DNA of 63,809 nt, filler included, from Licmophora abbreviata (taxonomy: Eukaryota), in the NCBI GenBank assembly GCA_900291995.1. It is 11 parts of 11 records of this genome, joined end to end, with 100 filler letters (N's around TTAATTAATTAA, not from the genome) between each part and the next. Parts side by side here need not be neighbours in the genome. Positions count along the whole stretch, not along the records: positions 1 to 19,047 come from OLMU01005241.1; positions 19,148 to 28,394 come from OLMU01005245.1; 9 more parts are not named here. One strand, 5' to 3'. How positions within the stretch are numbered: the stretch's first letter is position 1; every line of letters begins with the position of its first letter. Below the pieces are notes generated by a model. It was given only the letters and a program-made list of their open reading frames with translations. It was not told the origin of the DNA and did not search any database. This document shows positions 11,265 through 25,442 of the stretch, in pieces. The position numbers and the translations under genes are program-made.

Positions 11265-14200
11265 ATGGATGACATCCACGATCCCGTCTTCATTTGGCCT
11301 TCCCCTCCTAAGAGAAGCGATACTGAGCTGAGCAACATGAGAAATTCTGTACCATCGGAGTTGAAGAGGGAGCGATTGGCCCACGACAATTCTCCCGCTC
11401 AGGCCGACATTGCCCGGCCGTCCCCGTGCAAGCGAAGGAAACTGGAGAAGAGTCGCAGTCGAGACAGTGCTGACTCATTGCCGGTTAAGTATGATCACCA
11501 TTCCCGACTAGAAGTATTTCCAATGCCTTCCGCAGGTGGTGTGCGCAGTGGTATGCTCGTTAGTACGAAGAGCTCCGTTGAAGCTTCCACGTTCTCTCCT
11601 CTCTCATTGTTGGACTTGGAGAACGGAAGGACCTTCCTTGTGGTGAAGTCAAGACGGGTGCTCGACCGCATGAGCGACTCGGCGCGTACATTTCTTTCGG
11701 ATGGGAGTCATCACGAAACGAGTAGTCACGTCTTTTCCGTCCATACTCAAGTCCTAACGGCTAGAGCCAAGGCGCCCGAAAGTCAATCTGAAAAACATGT
11801 CTCCGGTATCTTGATGAGTCACAAGCAGACACTTCCACTTCTAAACGCTGGTGGAACGATACCTAAACACTCCTTTCAAGCTGCAAATAACGAGGTTGGG
11901 CTGATAGGCGGGATGTGGCGCGGGATCCTCAAACGTGTTCTACTCATGGCGAATGATCCCGTCAATTCGCTTCAGCTATCGCGAGGACTGCAGCTCTTTC
12001 TTCCTTTTCTCACCGGCTACGAGAGTTATCTTCTGAGTTTTGTCATTGACAGCTTGGATGGCGCACCAGAACGACGATTTCGAGAGGCGCTAGAGCTTGC
12101 ATTCCAGAATCGCAATGTGAGTCGTATTCTCGTACAGCAGGTGCTGGTCGTGCGTCGATTCGACTTCTTTTTTCACCTGGGTACAATGGTCTCCAACAAT
12201 CGTTGGTTTGACATATTCGGTCAGTTCCCCATACTGGGCAGCATCGTCGGCTTTCCAGCTACAGAAAATTTCCCGTCGACAAGAGATCATGCCCTGGCGA
12301 GTATCTTTCGCATTGTGTTGGGCGAAGGAAACTGGCTGACTCGCGTAGTGACCCAGGGGCGTGAAGGCATTGTTACGAACGATCCGAACAATGCAGCCCA
12401 GAACCTCACAGCGGAGTCGAACAGATTCGAGCTGGCTAATCGCAACCAGTATGGCACGTACTTTGGACGCCTCAAGACGAACGAGTTTCGATTTTCCCAT
12501 CGCCTTCCCACGGACGAGAGTATTGTGCGAACGTTTGTAACCCAGCCGATGCCAACGATGCTGAACAACGGTGTGGTGCACGTATTGCGCCAGGTCGCCA
12601 AGCATTGGCACAATATGCTTCGACAGCAGAATTTCGCCCACCAGCGGATGGAGCAGCTGGATCCGTTTGAAACCCTGCGTTTTCATGCGCCGGTTGTGCT
12701 CACAGTGCTATCTAATCTACGAGGTCGAAACCGGTGGGACTCTGTAGTCCTTGGGCCTGTGATCCGCAAGCTTCAAGCCTTGAAACCATCATTTGCCAAC
12801 GCCGACGAGGCACGCACACTTGTTCGCGAGTTAAAGTCGAAGGTCATTGTCAAGGTCTCTGGTGCAGTGTCGTCGATTTACGATCCGCTCAAATCTTGGC
12901 TTGATGCAATCGACGAGGCATGCGATGGTGTAGAATTGGAAGCGAAGCAGGTGTACCGAATAGTTTCGAGCGTGGAGGTCGGCATCCGTTTTGGACATGA
13001 TCTGATTTGCCATGTGCGATGGAGGGTGCCATGCAATGCCACTTTGACCGAGGCAATTTTGAAGCTGATTCGTGGTCTGCGAGTCGAAACACACGAGCGA
13101 GTCGAAGAAGTCCGTATAAGAACGGCGCTGGAGAAATTGACTCCTCGAGACAAGCGAACCTTGATCGAACTGGTGGTGAATGGTCACGAAAATAGTAGAC
13201 CTGCACAGTTGCTCTTGGGTAGAGCCAGGACTTTGCTACAGCGAGAACTACGTCGCAGTATTCTGAATGACTCCATCCGAGCTATGTCCAGGGGCGAGCT
13301 GCTACCTTCTCCGTCGAGCTTGGAGATGGGCAACTGGTATGTGCTGGAGGAAAGAAATGGCCGATCTGCAGTTTATCGTTACGTGGGACTGAATGGCGAC
13401 GAGTACGAGTTTGTCCATGTCAATTCAAGTGTCAGGAAGACTATTGAACGCTGTGCCATACTACAGGCAAGAACGTATGTCCCCGTTGCTGAATCTATTA
13501 CTCGTGCCCAGCGAGCGTTTATGAATATCGAACTGGACCATGGCAAACGATACAGTTATAGCGCTTTCATGGAATTTTCGCACTTGCGTGCAGCTCTGAG
13601 AAAGCTTGTCGTGGTGTCACAGCTAGCCTGCGAGGAGCTCGACAATGCACGATTGAATATGCTTGCAGAGGTACAGAAAACCAGTAGCAAGGCGCTCTTG
13701 ATTGACGATCTGATTCCAGGCAAAATTTACTACCGATACGACGATAGAACGCGCAACTACTCTCCTTTCATTTTCGATAAACTCAATTTTCCTGGGGTTC
13801 CTGGGTGGAAAAGTCGGTCGACGTCCGATATTCGATCAGTTCCACCGCAGTCCATTGTTATGATTGGAGGTGGCCCAACTGGACTTTTGACGACCATTCA
13901 CTGTACCGAGAAGGTGTTGGCCAGCGGGGGTGAAGTGAAGCTGTTCGAAGCCCGCGATGCGTTTTGGCAGGGCGGCTCTACGTTCGAGAGAGCCCAGATT
14001 GTTCGCCTGGATGCTCGATGGATAGCAATGATGCGCTACCATCTAGGGACAGGCTTTGAAGACGTCTACATTCCTGCTTCGGGTGAAACTGATTCACAGC
14101 TCGGGAATACATTGTAAGTTCTGCCTTCATTGTTTGAATCCATGTCTTCTATGTATCTTACTAAAAGTATGCTGCCGTGTCAGACCTACCCAAGGATTCG

Positions 14201-17200
14201 TCGAGATAACGATCAAAGACTTGGAGCACATGCTTCACGAGGAGGTTTCCAAAATGTGGTCAAAGGGTTTGATTCAAGTCCACACTCACTCACAGGCCAC
14301 GTACGACCGTGACTTAAACTCTCTCACAAAGCAAGGTCGGCACTTGAAGCTGGATGATGTGGTACTTCGACGTGTCGACGGGGATGGGCAGGTTTCGATC
14401 GAAAGCTATTCCTGGAAGGTGGTTGACCTCGTTCAGACTAGAGCCCTCTGCCTAGAGGAGATCAAGATTGGGCAGGAATATGGGATATTTGATCGTCTCG
14501 AGAATTCCATACTTCGATATCGTCTCGACTCTGTTGACCTTGAAACTGGACTTTATTCTTTTGCTGCTCTACAACGAAACTTCCTAGATCTGAAGGTACA
14601 TGTTTCCAATATGCCATCTGTATACCCAAGAAACACCGCGAAGCATGCTGACTTTTCGAAGGTGATCGTCCAGTGCATGGTCAAAGGTATGAACGGCGGT
14701 TTTGTGCGCGAGGAACTCTTGATGAAAAACATTGAAGAGAAGCGATTTATGCTAGATGTGGGACCATCTCATGTCATCGAAGCTATCGGGTACGTTCATT
14801 GTCCATCATAGAATGTTTTCTCGCTGAACTCGCTCAAACAGCACGACGGCTTATTTTTGCCCTTGCAGAAAACCACAAGGATCGAAGACTCATCTACGTA
14901 TCACACCCGAGGAGCCTTACGGCGTTTGTTGCATCCAAGGTCTCAAAATCTCGATGGGAATGCACAACTTCGGCGAGAAGCGCTGGAAGAACGGTATTCT
15001 CGACGACTTTCGAAGTCAGAATGATCAGAACACACGCATCATTGGTGATTTCACGAAAATGGTTCGTTCAAGACCTGTCGCACAGAAGATGCTTGAATAC
15101 GTAACCGATGCGAAAGACACAGATTGGCAGTTGCACTTCGAGGGCCTCGTAAGCCAATCCGAATTCCCAGAACTGAACTCGCTTGACCCAATTGTACCCA
15201 AGATTCAAAATGCATGCAAATGGCTGGTCGAGAAGGCACCAACGTTCCGTCGGCAGACTCTCCAGACTCGATTCTTTGAGACTGGCGACAATTATTATCT
15301 TGGTAAGTTCAACTTCAGTTCTTCTGGTTTGGATCTGTTTTAACAAAACTCATGTCTATTCGGTTTCATGTTAAAACGGACAGGAATGGAGCTGATGCGC
15401 GAATACGATAACTGGAAGAACACGCTTGGGGACGTATTGGTGGCTCCCTTGATAAATCAGGTATCGAATGGTAGGCAAGCTGGTTTGAAGAGTCTAAAAA
15501 GAACTCTGTTGCACAGTGTTGACCGGCTCTGGTATGAAGGAGTTTTAGAGGTCATACGGACCGGTGACGTGTACAACCCTGGCGCCCGCCACCGTGTACC
15601 GCGTCTGCATTTAATCAATTCTTGCATCGACGCCAAGCTCGGTAGTCTCCCGGTTGGCGAAAGCTTTCGATTGAGCAACTCCCCGGAAGAAAAATATGAG
15701 ATAGTGATCAAGGGACGCGCAAATTTGATTGTCCGTAATGTCGAAGGCTGTATATCTAAGATGAGCACGTCGACGAAGGTTCGACGCGAGGGAAACCTAA
15801 CTCGCAGTCCTGATGGCAATATGGAATCCAAAGTGTCTCTCGCGACATTTCCTGTAGCCCATTATGTCAACTTCCGTTCCATGCGGCAAAGCGACTCAGT
15901 GAGAGGTTATATATTTGCTTTCATCGGAGACGAGCAAGCGACTCCCCACTTCATGCGGTACAGTGGGCTAACTGGAGCGTGCATCAATGCTATGATGCTC
16001 AACAACTTCATTAAACAGGCGAGTGATGGAGTTCCGTTCGTTGAGCGCTTTCGCTTGTACTCGATCGACACAAACTGGTCGAACGGTGAAGTCGTGCAAC
16101 GGGGAACGGGTAGAAGCTATGGCGTGGACGGTTTCCTGCGCCCTGGATTCTCTTACTCTCACTTGATCGACTATCTGCACTCAAAGATTCTTGAGTTTCG
16201 AGAGAGCGAGCAAGCTATGCAAGATGTTCTCTCGAGGGATTGGAAGGCCATCATTGCCGCTTCCGTTGTGCCCCGGGGCATGGAAATGAATGACAGTTTC
16301 GTCGGCGCAGTGTATCAGCATCTTCTTACGGTCATCTCTGACAAACTTAAGATGGAGATATCCATCGACAAAACGTTGGCGGTGCCTTGCCTGACGGAAC
16401 GAGTTGATGAAATAATGGAGTGGAGGCAAGCCCTTGAATGCGAATCTTATTGGCATGACCTCGTGCTTGGTCTCCCCGTCGATTGTGAAACGAAGGATAG
16501 TCTGATGAACACGCACGTCTTTGTGGCGATTCGTCTCGAACGGATTTGCTCTCAAGTGATCGACTTTGCTCGGCAGGCGCATCTGTACAACGAACGCGTT
16601 TCTTCGGAAGTTGTTAACCAGCCAAAGCCAGTAGACTCTATCATTGATGACTTCGCGGTGGAAGCCCAGAGCTTCGCGAATTCACTGGCCATGTCGGCTG
16701 CATTCGCCTCCGGCGTACTTGCATTTCGCTTGATTGACGATGAGATCGCAGATGTTGCGAGTTTGCTTCTTGCTGTGATAAACATTCTCATTTCATTTGG
16801 TACCATGGCGAATTCGGCTAGGTACAAGATACGAAACGAAGAAGCCCGCGTCGTGTTTGCGGATCAAAAGCTCTCCAGGATGCTGAAGGGAATTTTCAGC
16901 CTGATGGATGGGAAGTCGCGGGAAGCTATCCCTCTCGAGGAGAATCCTTTCATCGTCGCCCTCGACATGGAGGTTAAGTCGTTTCTGACGAGTGTCAAAT
17001 ATTACAACGCGCCTGATCCTCATGAGTTCGAGAAAGCTTATGCAACACTCAAGAGAAATGCCAATGACCCAGCGGAATTGCGATCATTTCAGCTCTTGTT
17101 GACCACCAAGTTTATTGTCGATACATACCACGTGAATTCGTACCTTCAAGAAAGTCTGGTGCAAATTTATAGGGTTACTGAGGAACTATATTGCTCCCTT

Positions 17201-18274
17201 ACAGATAGCATTGAGTGGAGCAACGCTGTCGAGGAAGCACATCGTCTCTTCGATCGGCTTGTGCGATTCGAATCAAAACTAGAGAGGTCGCTGCAGCGAG
17301 GTCCTACTCGCTTTGGATTTGTCAAGCAACGAAAGTTTTCACAGTGGGACCTGGTGGCGGTCCTCAGCTACTTTTGGGGTTTTCTTTGCTGGCCAAGTCG
17401 TCAATTCTGTAGCCATCTGGCGCCCATTTCGTCGGAAACACTTGGAATTCTCGATGCGACTCGTCATCTTGCTGGACGTCACGACTCGGGCATTTTGCAC
17501 CGCGAATGCCGTGATATTGGGACGCTTTACTGGGCAACGCGAGAGAGTGCCATTGGCAGCCTGATATTTGTCAGCGGGTGCTTCGTTTTTGCCGCAAGTA
17601 TATTTTTTGCCATTGCTCGACTCAGTGGTGTCGGCATACTGCTTGACTTTGCGTTTTGGGCCGTGACTGCCTCGGTGATAGGCGCGGCCCTCGCTGCATT
17701 TCACTTTTGGCGCAAGTTGTTGATTCTAGTACGACTCATGCGTATTCTGGGGAGAAAAGCTCGTCAAGCCCGGTACGGAGACGAGCGCGTCAACATTCAA
17801 CGAGTCCGAGGTGTCACTCTTACACAAGTGCTACTCACGCTGACGAGACTTGTTTCTACTTGTGCAGCCGCTGTGGCACTGCCTTGGTCAGTAGCCGAGC
17901 AAGCGTTCGGAGATTGGATAAATGGGAGCAGCTCCCTTCCATTCTGGATCGCCTTGGGTGCCGTCGCGTCTGCGATTGTATCCACCCTCCTCTTTTTCTT
18001 GGTGGAGTTTGCGGTGCGCTATAGCTTGAGTCCAAGGCTTGGAGAGTTTGTCTGTGAGAGTTTCCGTGATGAGATCGAGGCATTGTATAACGATATGTCT
18101 CTCCCAACGAACGATATTGATACGAAGCAATTACAGGAGCGAGAGACATGGGAGTACGTGGCGCGCGAGTTTTTACATCGGTACCGCTTCGACACAGTGT
18201 TTGCCGCCGATCGCTTCGGCAGCATTCTACAGTATATACAGAGCGGCATGGATCCGAGAGAATGTGAGATCTAG
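11265..18274 (+). CDS. Giant (~2,259 aa) membrane-anchored FAD-dependent monooxygenase-like protein, copy B, intact. Exons 11265-14113, 14184-14789, 14869-15302, 15384-18274.
   Basis: Collinear paralog of copy A. Introns 14114-14183, 14790-14868 and 15303-15383 give an open 6780-nt CDS. Motifs IVMIGGGPTGL, KLFEARD and FAFIGDEQATPHFMRYSGLTGA, plus C-terminal TM helices. The start (first in-frame ATG) is uncertain. Confidence 0.82.
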
Positions 18275-19047
18275 AGAGTCTTAAACTACATTAGACCTAC
18301 AAGTATGCGTCCCGCCATCGACATATATACCGGCAGGATTGTGGTCGGTTCCGGCGACGATAGCCTCTTATGGATAAACTTCTTCTACCAATATTACTGT
18401 TACCCTCTACCGGTAAGACTGCAGATCCCGCGTGCCAGTCCCAGCGTGTTCTTCCCATGTGTTTTCCGATGGGTACTTGGGTCTAGGCGTGAGTCCTTTC
18501 TTGTCTCTGTTGGATCCGGTGTCGGCGTCAGTGAGACCGGTTGGAGACTTTGCGTTTCAATTCGAACGCCTCTGGGCCGTCCTGTTGCTTTCCCCTGGTC
18601 GACTGTATTCGGGTGTTCTCGCAGGTGTCTGTCCCAGTACACACATCATCATCATCATTACGAGTGGGCGGCGCCAGCCGCTTGATTAACACACATTTTC
18701 CGAATGCAGTCGTCTCCTATTCATCATTCCATGCATGGATGGTCTGGAAGCCGTATCGTCACACTGCGCAAAATGGTTGAGATACACCTGGTTGAAACAG
18801 TAAACGTATGTGTCACTGTTTCCTGGAAACTCTTTCGTCTCGTCGCCAGGAAGACAAAACTCGATCGATCTGAAGGATTACAGGATGCCGCTCCATACTT
18901 TGTGTGATACCTATGAGTAGCTATTGGAACATGACAGGGAAATTGAGAAATCTTACCCGTAGTGCGCCAAATATGAACACTAGGGTATACACGACATGAA
19001 GTCCCACTAGAGTAGCTCAGAACATCTAGTGGTACACGATACACACC

Positions 19048-19147
19048 NNNNNNNNNNNNNNNNNNNNNNNNNNNNNNNNNNNNNNNNNNNNTTAATTAAT
19101 TAANNNNNNNNNNNNNNNNNNNNNNNNNNNNNNNNNNNNNNNNNNNN
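19048..19147. other. Artificial contig spacer
   Basis: 44 N + TTAATTAATTAA (stops in all six frames) + 44 N. Confidence 0.99.
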
Positions 19148-19151
19148 GTAG

Positions 19152-22100
19152 TCAGAATTGTAGGATGACTTCCTCTTCTTCGTCACCGCGTGTCTGCGCG
19201 AAATGACGAGACCTCGACTCGAAAGTCCGAGGCGCTCTTTGTCTCGATGCAGCAGCTGGGTCGAATGATCCATCATCGCTTTGTTCATTGCGAGACCCTG
19301 GCGGTGACTCTTCCTCGCGTCCACTGCTGTCCTGTAAAGAATGAACATCGCTTCGCAATCGTCCAGCGTGCACTAGACTGGAGGTAATCCGTCGACTGGC
19401 CCTGCCTGAGCGAGTGGCTCTCTGCCATGGCTGCGCGCTTTGCCGCGCCTCCATCCCGGATGGCTCCGGCAGCAGCTCCAATGACGAGCTTTGTGAGCCA
19501 CGACTATGACGGCTTGAAGAGCGGCGGTCGGAGCGGTCCATGTTGTCCCTTTGCTCAGATAATCCAGTGTCTTCAGTTGGCGATAGTCTCTCCAGTTCGG
19601 TGTTCAAGTGAGCCTCGAATGATTCTACCATCTCTCCAGCCGCTTCAGAGAGTTCGGCTTGTAGGCCGTTGTACTTCACACAGTTATCTCGAATGAGCTG
19701 GGCATCGGCCAGGACACTTCTGGGGTTGGAGTAGTAGTCTGCCTTGAACCGTTCTTCGATTAGGGAAAAGTACATAGGAACCTCGATCCTGTTGTTGTAG
19801 TCGGAGAAAGTTGTTCCGTTGACAGGGTGATAGAACCATTCCCGAACCGAAGCATTCTGTCTCATCAGCTCCAGCGAGTTTTCCACAGCCTGCTTCTCGT
19901 GATCAGCAAGGCGAGGAGGTTCGAAATCGTACCCGACTTCAATGAGCGAAATTTCCCATGGACTTGATGAAGTGATCCCCCAATCGGGATCATCCCACTC
20001 CACACGAAGGCTATCCAAACCACTTCCTCCAAAGCGATCGTTGGGTACATTCCCCCGCTTAACTCTGCGAATTCTCCCGTGATAAGGCGTGAAGTCGGCA
20101 TCCTCTCTTCTGTTACCATTGTCATCGTCAGGGGAGAAGTTTACGACACGAACTCCATCGAAAAACGACCTCTGTTGACTAGGAGCCGCCTGCTCCAGCG
20201 TTTCCAGTCGCCAAATAAACAGCTTTTCGGGAAAGAGGAAGTCGGCGCACTGACTCTCAAACATATGAACCTAGACAAAGGAAAAAATGCGCGTGAACAG
20301 AATAGGCTCACTCCTTCTCTTTCTCCAGCAAAACAATGCACATTATCTTACCTCGAATGTCTTTGGTGCTGCTCGGGTACGCGCCGCGATTGCATGGAAT
20401 CGCGGTGTGGGCCACGGGAGGCCACGGTCGTTTGAAGTTTCCGGGATTCCCGTTATTGAAAGGGTTAGAATCGCAACTACGCTTCGACACTGGGTTCTGT
20501 ATGGGACACCAAAAGGGTAAGAAAGCTTTCACTTGTTCATCACACGAAGCGCGTCTTTGCACAACGCACCGTTTTTCTCGACTGGAGAAACAAGACTTGA
20601 GAGGGAAGCGGTAACGAATCTCATTCACTGAGCAGCGTATCACAGGACATTTCAAGCTAGAAGGCCAGTCTGTCCATGGAGCTTCCAAGATTGGGAAGCA
20701 CTCCAGCGTTTCCCTGTGTGCCTGAGGGATATAAACGACGGAGTCTCCGACTTGAGGCGAATAAGTTTTCCTTCCGCAGTAAGAATTTACACTCTCGGTG
20801 CGTCTCAGCCACTCGCGGTGTACTCGAGCTCCATCTGGGAGACGAAAGAAGTGCATGCCTTCATTGTAATCCTCGACATGAGGTCCAGATGGTGTGTTAT
20901 TGGTGCTGATAACCGGTTCATACTCATCGAAGTCCTCGTCGGAGTCAGGTATTGCATAGTGAGATCGCTGCCTTTCGGACTGACGTTGGGAAACACGTGT
21001 CGCCTGAACTTCGGAGGAAATAACGCGCTCTCGTTCCTGATCACGTCGTCGACGACGCCTTGATCTCGCGCTGTCGACCCGGACACTCGATGAATCCGAG
21101 AGTTCCAAGTCGGAGTCGCTCTGCTCGTCATGGGAAGCAAATGTCCTTAACCTGGGGGAGAAGTCTTCGTCGGAATCTTCGACTTCGAGGCCATCTTCCT
21201 CCCGAGCTTCATCATAGCCTATCCAGTTGAAGTTGTTTGACAACGTTCGAGCAGAGGTCGCCCGATTTCGACTGATCTGACGAGGTGCCTGATGAGCTGT
21301 CTCAGTATGCTCGGTCTGCGATAGGAAGCCCCTGATTTCACCGCCGGAGCCAGAGAAAAGAAATGTTCGCTTCGGGTCAAATTCGCCAATTCGCGATATT
21401 CTGGGTTCTCCTGTACATGAAAGCTGCCGTCCACCATTCCGTGTGTATTCCTTCGCCAATCGTATGGATACCCGAGATGATCTGCACGTGTTCTCTCCAA
21501 GCGGCATAGGGCCCTCCAACGTCTCGAACGTTTCATCGATATCTCCTGCCCAGGCAGACCCAGAATGAGAACATCTCGCTGCCCGAGGCGCAAGGTGTGG
21601 TGGTCTGCGTGAGCCCTTCTCGACGCAGTACCCGTTGGCATCGTACAGAAGGTCGTAGTAGTCACTTGCAAAGTACTGCTCATTCAACCACGTGTCACGT
21701 GGAGTCAACTGCGATAGATTCTGCCCCTCAGCCCTTTCTCGAGCAGCCAATTCAGAAAGCACCGTGAACTGACCTTTGTCATCCGACAAGATGAGAGAAA
21801 GTGAATCGGGACTGAATGCTCCCTCCAAGTAGCCACTAGGCTGTCCTCGGTCACCTCGATCTGCTGTCGCGCCAAACTCGGATGTATTCTCGTGTCTTAG
21901 TAAGCACGTTCCCTTCTCCATATCCCATAGTTTAGCCACACCATCAGATCCCGCTGAGCAGAACACAGAAGCTTCAATCGGATGGGGCACAACAACTTGG
22001 CATTGCGCAGTGTGGGCGTCAGATATACCAAGCAAGCAGTGTCCAGTCTGACTGTCCCAAACCAAGATGTACTGAGACCCAGGAACAATGTCGGTACTAG

Positions 22101-24986
22101 TTGCTTTTAAGGGGCAGCATTGAGAAGTGACGATTTTTGAATCATCTGCGGTCCATACTGCAACATCACAAGCAACACTAGTTCCAGACTCGTTCGCCAC
22201 ATGAGCCTCTCGCCTCGAACCAGATATTGGTCTAGGGAGACGCAGGACAATCTGCCTGAGATCCGAAAACGAAAGTGGATCACTACCATCACTTATCCAC
22301 GACCAGACTCGCGCGACTCCATCTTTCTGGCTTGCAGACAAAATTCTATCGCCTGTATGCGAGTAGTGCAAGTCAGTGATGGGATTCATGTGCCCAGTCA
22401 AGTCCGCAAGCTTCCGCCCTGAGTCAAGTAGAGGCTCCAACAGTTAGCTTCGATTCGAACCTAGAGATCAACATGGTGGGATGTGCACAGTCTTACCTTG
22501 AGGAGAAAAGAATCCAGATCGAGTACTTCGCCGTCGTTCCGATTCAGAGAGGGATCCGGCAGACCTGCCGTCGGCCCTCTCAACGCGAGCATCATCCGCG
22601 TCAAGCCACACACGGCAAACTCCGTCATCTGACCCGGTAACTATGTGCCCACCTAATGGACATCTCGCGAGGCAAATAACTCGGACGGATTTGCGACGGG
22701 CTCGAGTTCCAGGCCCCGCATGCTGTTCGGCAGATAAGTCCCCATGCTGCATCTTTGCCAGCAACTTCACGCCCTCGTCAAGAACATCGTTCGCGACGAA
22801 TGCTCCAGGCTCTGATTCGTTGTTGACGATACCAAGCCCAACATTCTCTTCTGGCTCATCATTAACACCATTGGCGTTTCCGTTCGGCTCGCCGGCTGGT
22901 GGTAGCGGTGGAGGGGCGATCTCCTCGACGAGCTCTCCTTCTCGGGACGGCAGCGGTGGTAGTATGACGGACTGCTCTACTGCGCCATCGCTTGATCCAA
23001 GTGGATACGACGCTTCCTCAACGGTTTCGAGGCAAGAGTCATGTAGCTGGAGCGTGTACTCCTTTCTTCTCCCAATGAATGCACCGTATCGCTTCAGCGC
23101 CGCCTCCCGTATATCCCACATTCGACAAAACCCATCGTCTCCTGCTGTCACCAATCTGAATGGAGTTAGTGATGACCAAGATACCTGCAATAAGCATGTA
23201 GCTGACAAAATGAGTACATTGGTTCCAGAACTGACAAAGGAAACAAGCAGTACGTACCATATTGGCGCCTCCCACATGCCCGCGGAGGATAGCGATCGGA
23301 CAACCGTCCTTCAGACCCCAGATGCGACAGTCGCCATCCCCCGATGCAGTCGCCAGGAACGAATTGTCTGCACTGACAGCGATATCGCAAATCACACCGG
23401 CATGACCACGCAGAGTGCAGACCAAGACGGCACTCCGCTCGTTTGCGCCAAAGCAGAACTTCAAATCTCGACTTCCATCTGACTTCTTCCCGATTGCTTT
23501 GGATTTACCGACGCTCAGACAGAACAGCTTGACTAGACTATCGTCGGATCCGGTTAAAAAATATCTCCCAGTGCGATCGAATCGCACACAGAAAACAGGG
23601 AACGATAGATGAGCGTTCACTGTGATTGCATGGGACATTCTGTAAGACATGGACGCCCTCCTTGCAGCCGAAACAGGGCCGCGCTTCGGAAAAGCACCCG
23701 GTCTTCTTCCACAACGCTGCAGAGCCCCACACAGACCGTACTGGCGTGTCGCCGTAAAGGCGAGGTTGTGACTCTGCGTCGCAAGAGAAGAAACAGACGT
23801 CTCTGACGGAAATGGGTCGCCATAACGCTTCAAGGATTCCGCCAACTTTTTCTTCTTCTCCATAGCACAAGACGAGTTTGTTTCCGCTCGGGCCTTGAAT
23901 ATCAAGTTGGCGAGGGAGGCACGTTTGTGACCAAGCTGATCAATGACGCGTTCACAGGTCTGCAGTCGGTTCCGAGCTTCTTCGATCCTGCTGGTTTGGA
24001 GCATCGTACTGGATTCCAACTCTGCTGGGGTTGATGTCGCCCGGAGGTTCGCAAGAGCATCACACTGCTCTCGCAAGTGACGCGTTAGGGAGCTCTTCAT
24101 ACTAGTTTGTCGTTGGATAGCATTCTCGACCTCTTCCAATTCGGCTTGTCTTGCCCGTTTCTGTTCTTTCTCGTCACGGGCACGTCTCGTCGACGTGGAC
24201 ACCATAGCGTCGATACGGGCAAAGTCTGATGCGACGGCTACCGGAAGTTCACGGTATGAATCCTTTACTATCGTCATAGTGCGATCGGTGTCTGTTCTCG
24301 GTGCAGTAGACAATGCTAACAGAGGAGGAGGTTCCAGAATGGAAACAGCTGTCGGAGGTACAGCCTCGTCGTATTCGCCATTCCCATCTCGCAAACGCCG
24401 GCCACCGGACTCGGATGTACGGTAGCTAGCTTCGTATGCTGCCTGGACCAAATCTTGAGTGCGAGCAAGTCGATTTGCCGCATCTCGAGTGGCAAGGGAT
24501 GTGGAAGCCGCCGATTCTGCAAGTAGTTCGAGTTGCTGAGGTGGAACGTTGCTCCACGACCGAGTCATGTCCGAGTAGGTCGCGTTGCGAACACCTAGTC
24601 TAATAGGGGGTGCGAGCAGTGAGGGGTCCGAGCGTTGCTTCTACAAACAAAGATTGAGAGATGATCAGCGAATTTGCAATGCATAGACGATCATGGCTCG
24701 CAGTTTTACACACAAGGATACTCACCACGCCTGAGCTTCCAAACGCCCCTAGCGTAGAGAAAGCTGAAGCAAGCTCGGTTGCAGCATCATGGACCCTTCG
24801 AATCGCGTCGCTTTGTGATTCATCTCCATTGCTTTGTGAGCCAGCGTAGTTTGCGAGCCAATGTGTCACCAGAAACGGCAATCCCGAGGATGAGGCTTCT
24901 TGTACGCTCTCGCTAGCGTTAAAGAAAGTCAGGGGATGTGGGTCAGACGCGACATTCGAGGCGGAGTTTTCGTCCGGTGTCGACAT
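19152..24986 (-). CDS. Bromodomain and WD40-repeat protein (BRWD/PHIP family). Six exons; the 3' end is uncertain next to the gap.
   Basis: WD40 repeats (FDRTGRYFLTGSDDSLVKLF; LRGHAGVICDIAVSAD; LTGHMNPITDLHYSHTGDRILSAS), PQVGDSVVYIPQAH and a bromodomain (FYHPV...DYNNRIEVPMYFSLIEERF...IRDNCVKYN). GT-AG introns at 24641-24725, 23185-23257, 22419-22496, 20497-20569 and 20271-20351 keep the frame. Confidence 0.9.
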
Positions 24987-25442
24987 CTCGTCAACTCGTC
25001 GATTAAGAATCAAGCAACCGAATCGAGTAGGGCTTTTGTCGATTAAGTAACGTTCTAGTACTGAATGGGGCAGTCGAGTAGGCAGCCTCTGTCCCAATCA
25101 AACTGCATCAACAACTCACAGTGCAATCTGCTCCGCATCTCATCATCACAGCTTTGGCGTGCCGGGAGCCGTAACATGCTACGTGGAAGTCTACGTCGGA
25201 CTCGGTATCATAATTTCCGTACAAAAATTACGTAGATTCCAGGGTGAATTTGAAATTGATGGCGCGCCGTAGTTTCAAATCGGACCACTTTCAACTTTCG
25301 ACAAGGTGTTGTGCTTGGCAACCCTTTAGACTACCGGGTAATCTGCAAATGTTATCTGCATAGATCTTAGGCAAAGTACTCGGTGCTCATAGCTTGTTCT
25401 CTTTTAGAGTGCTACTTGTTCTTTTCCTTTACTTACTCGTCG

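Noticed and set aside
18305..19047. Short ORFs between gene B and the first gap
   Set aside because: No recognisable motif and stops interrupt every frame. It could be a degenerate or terminal exon, but this cannot be supported.
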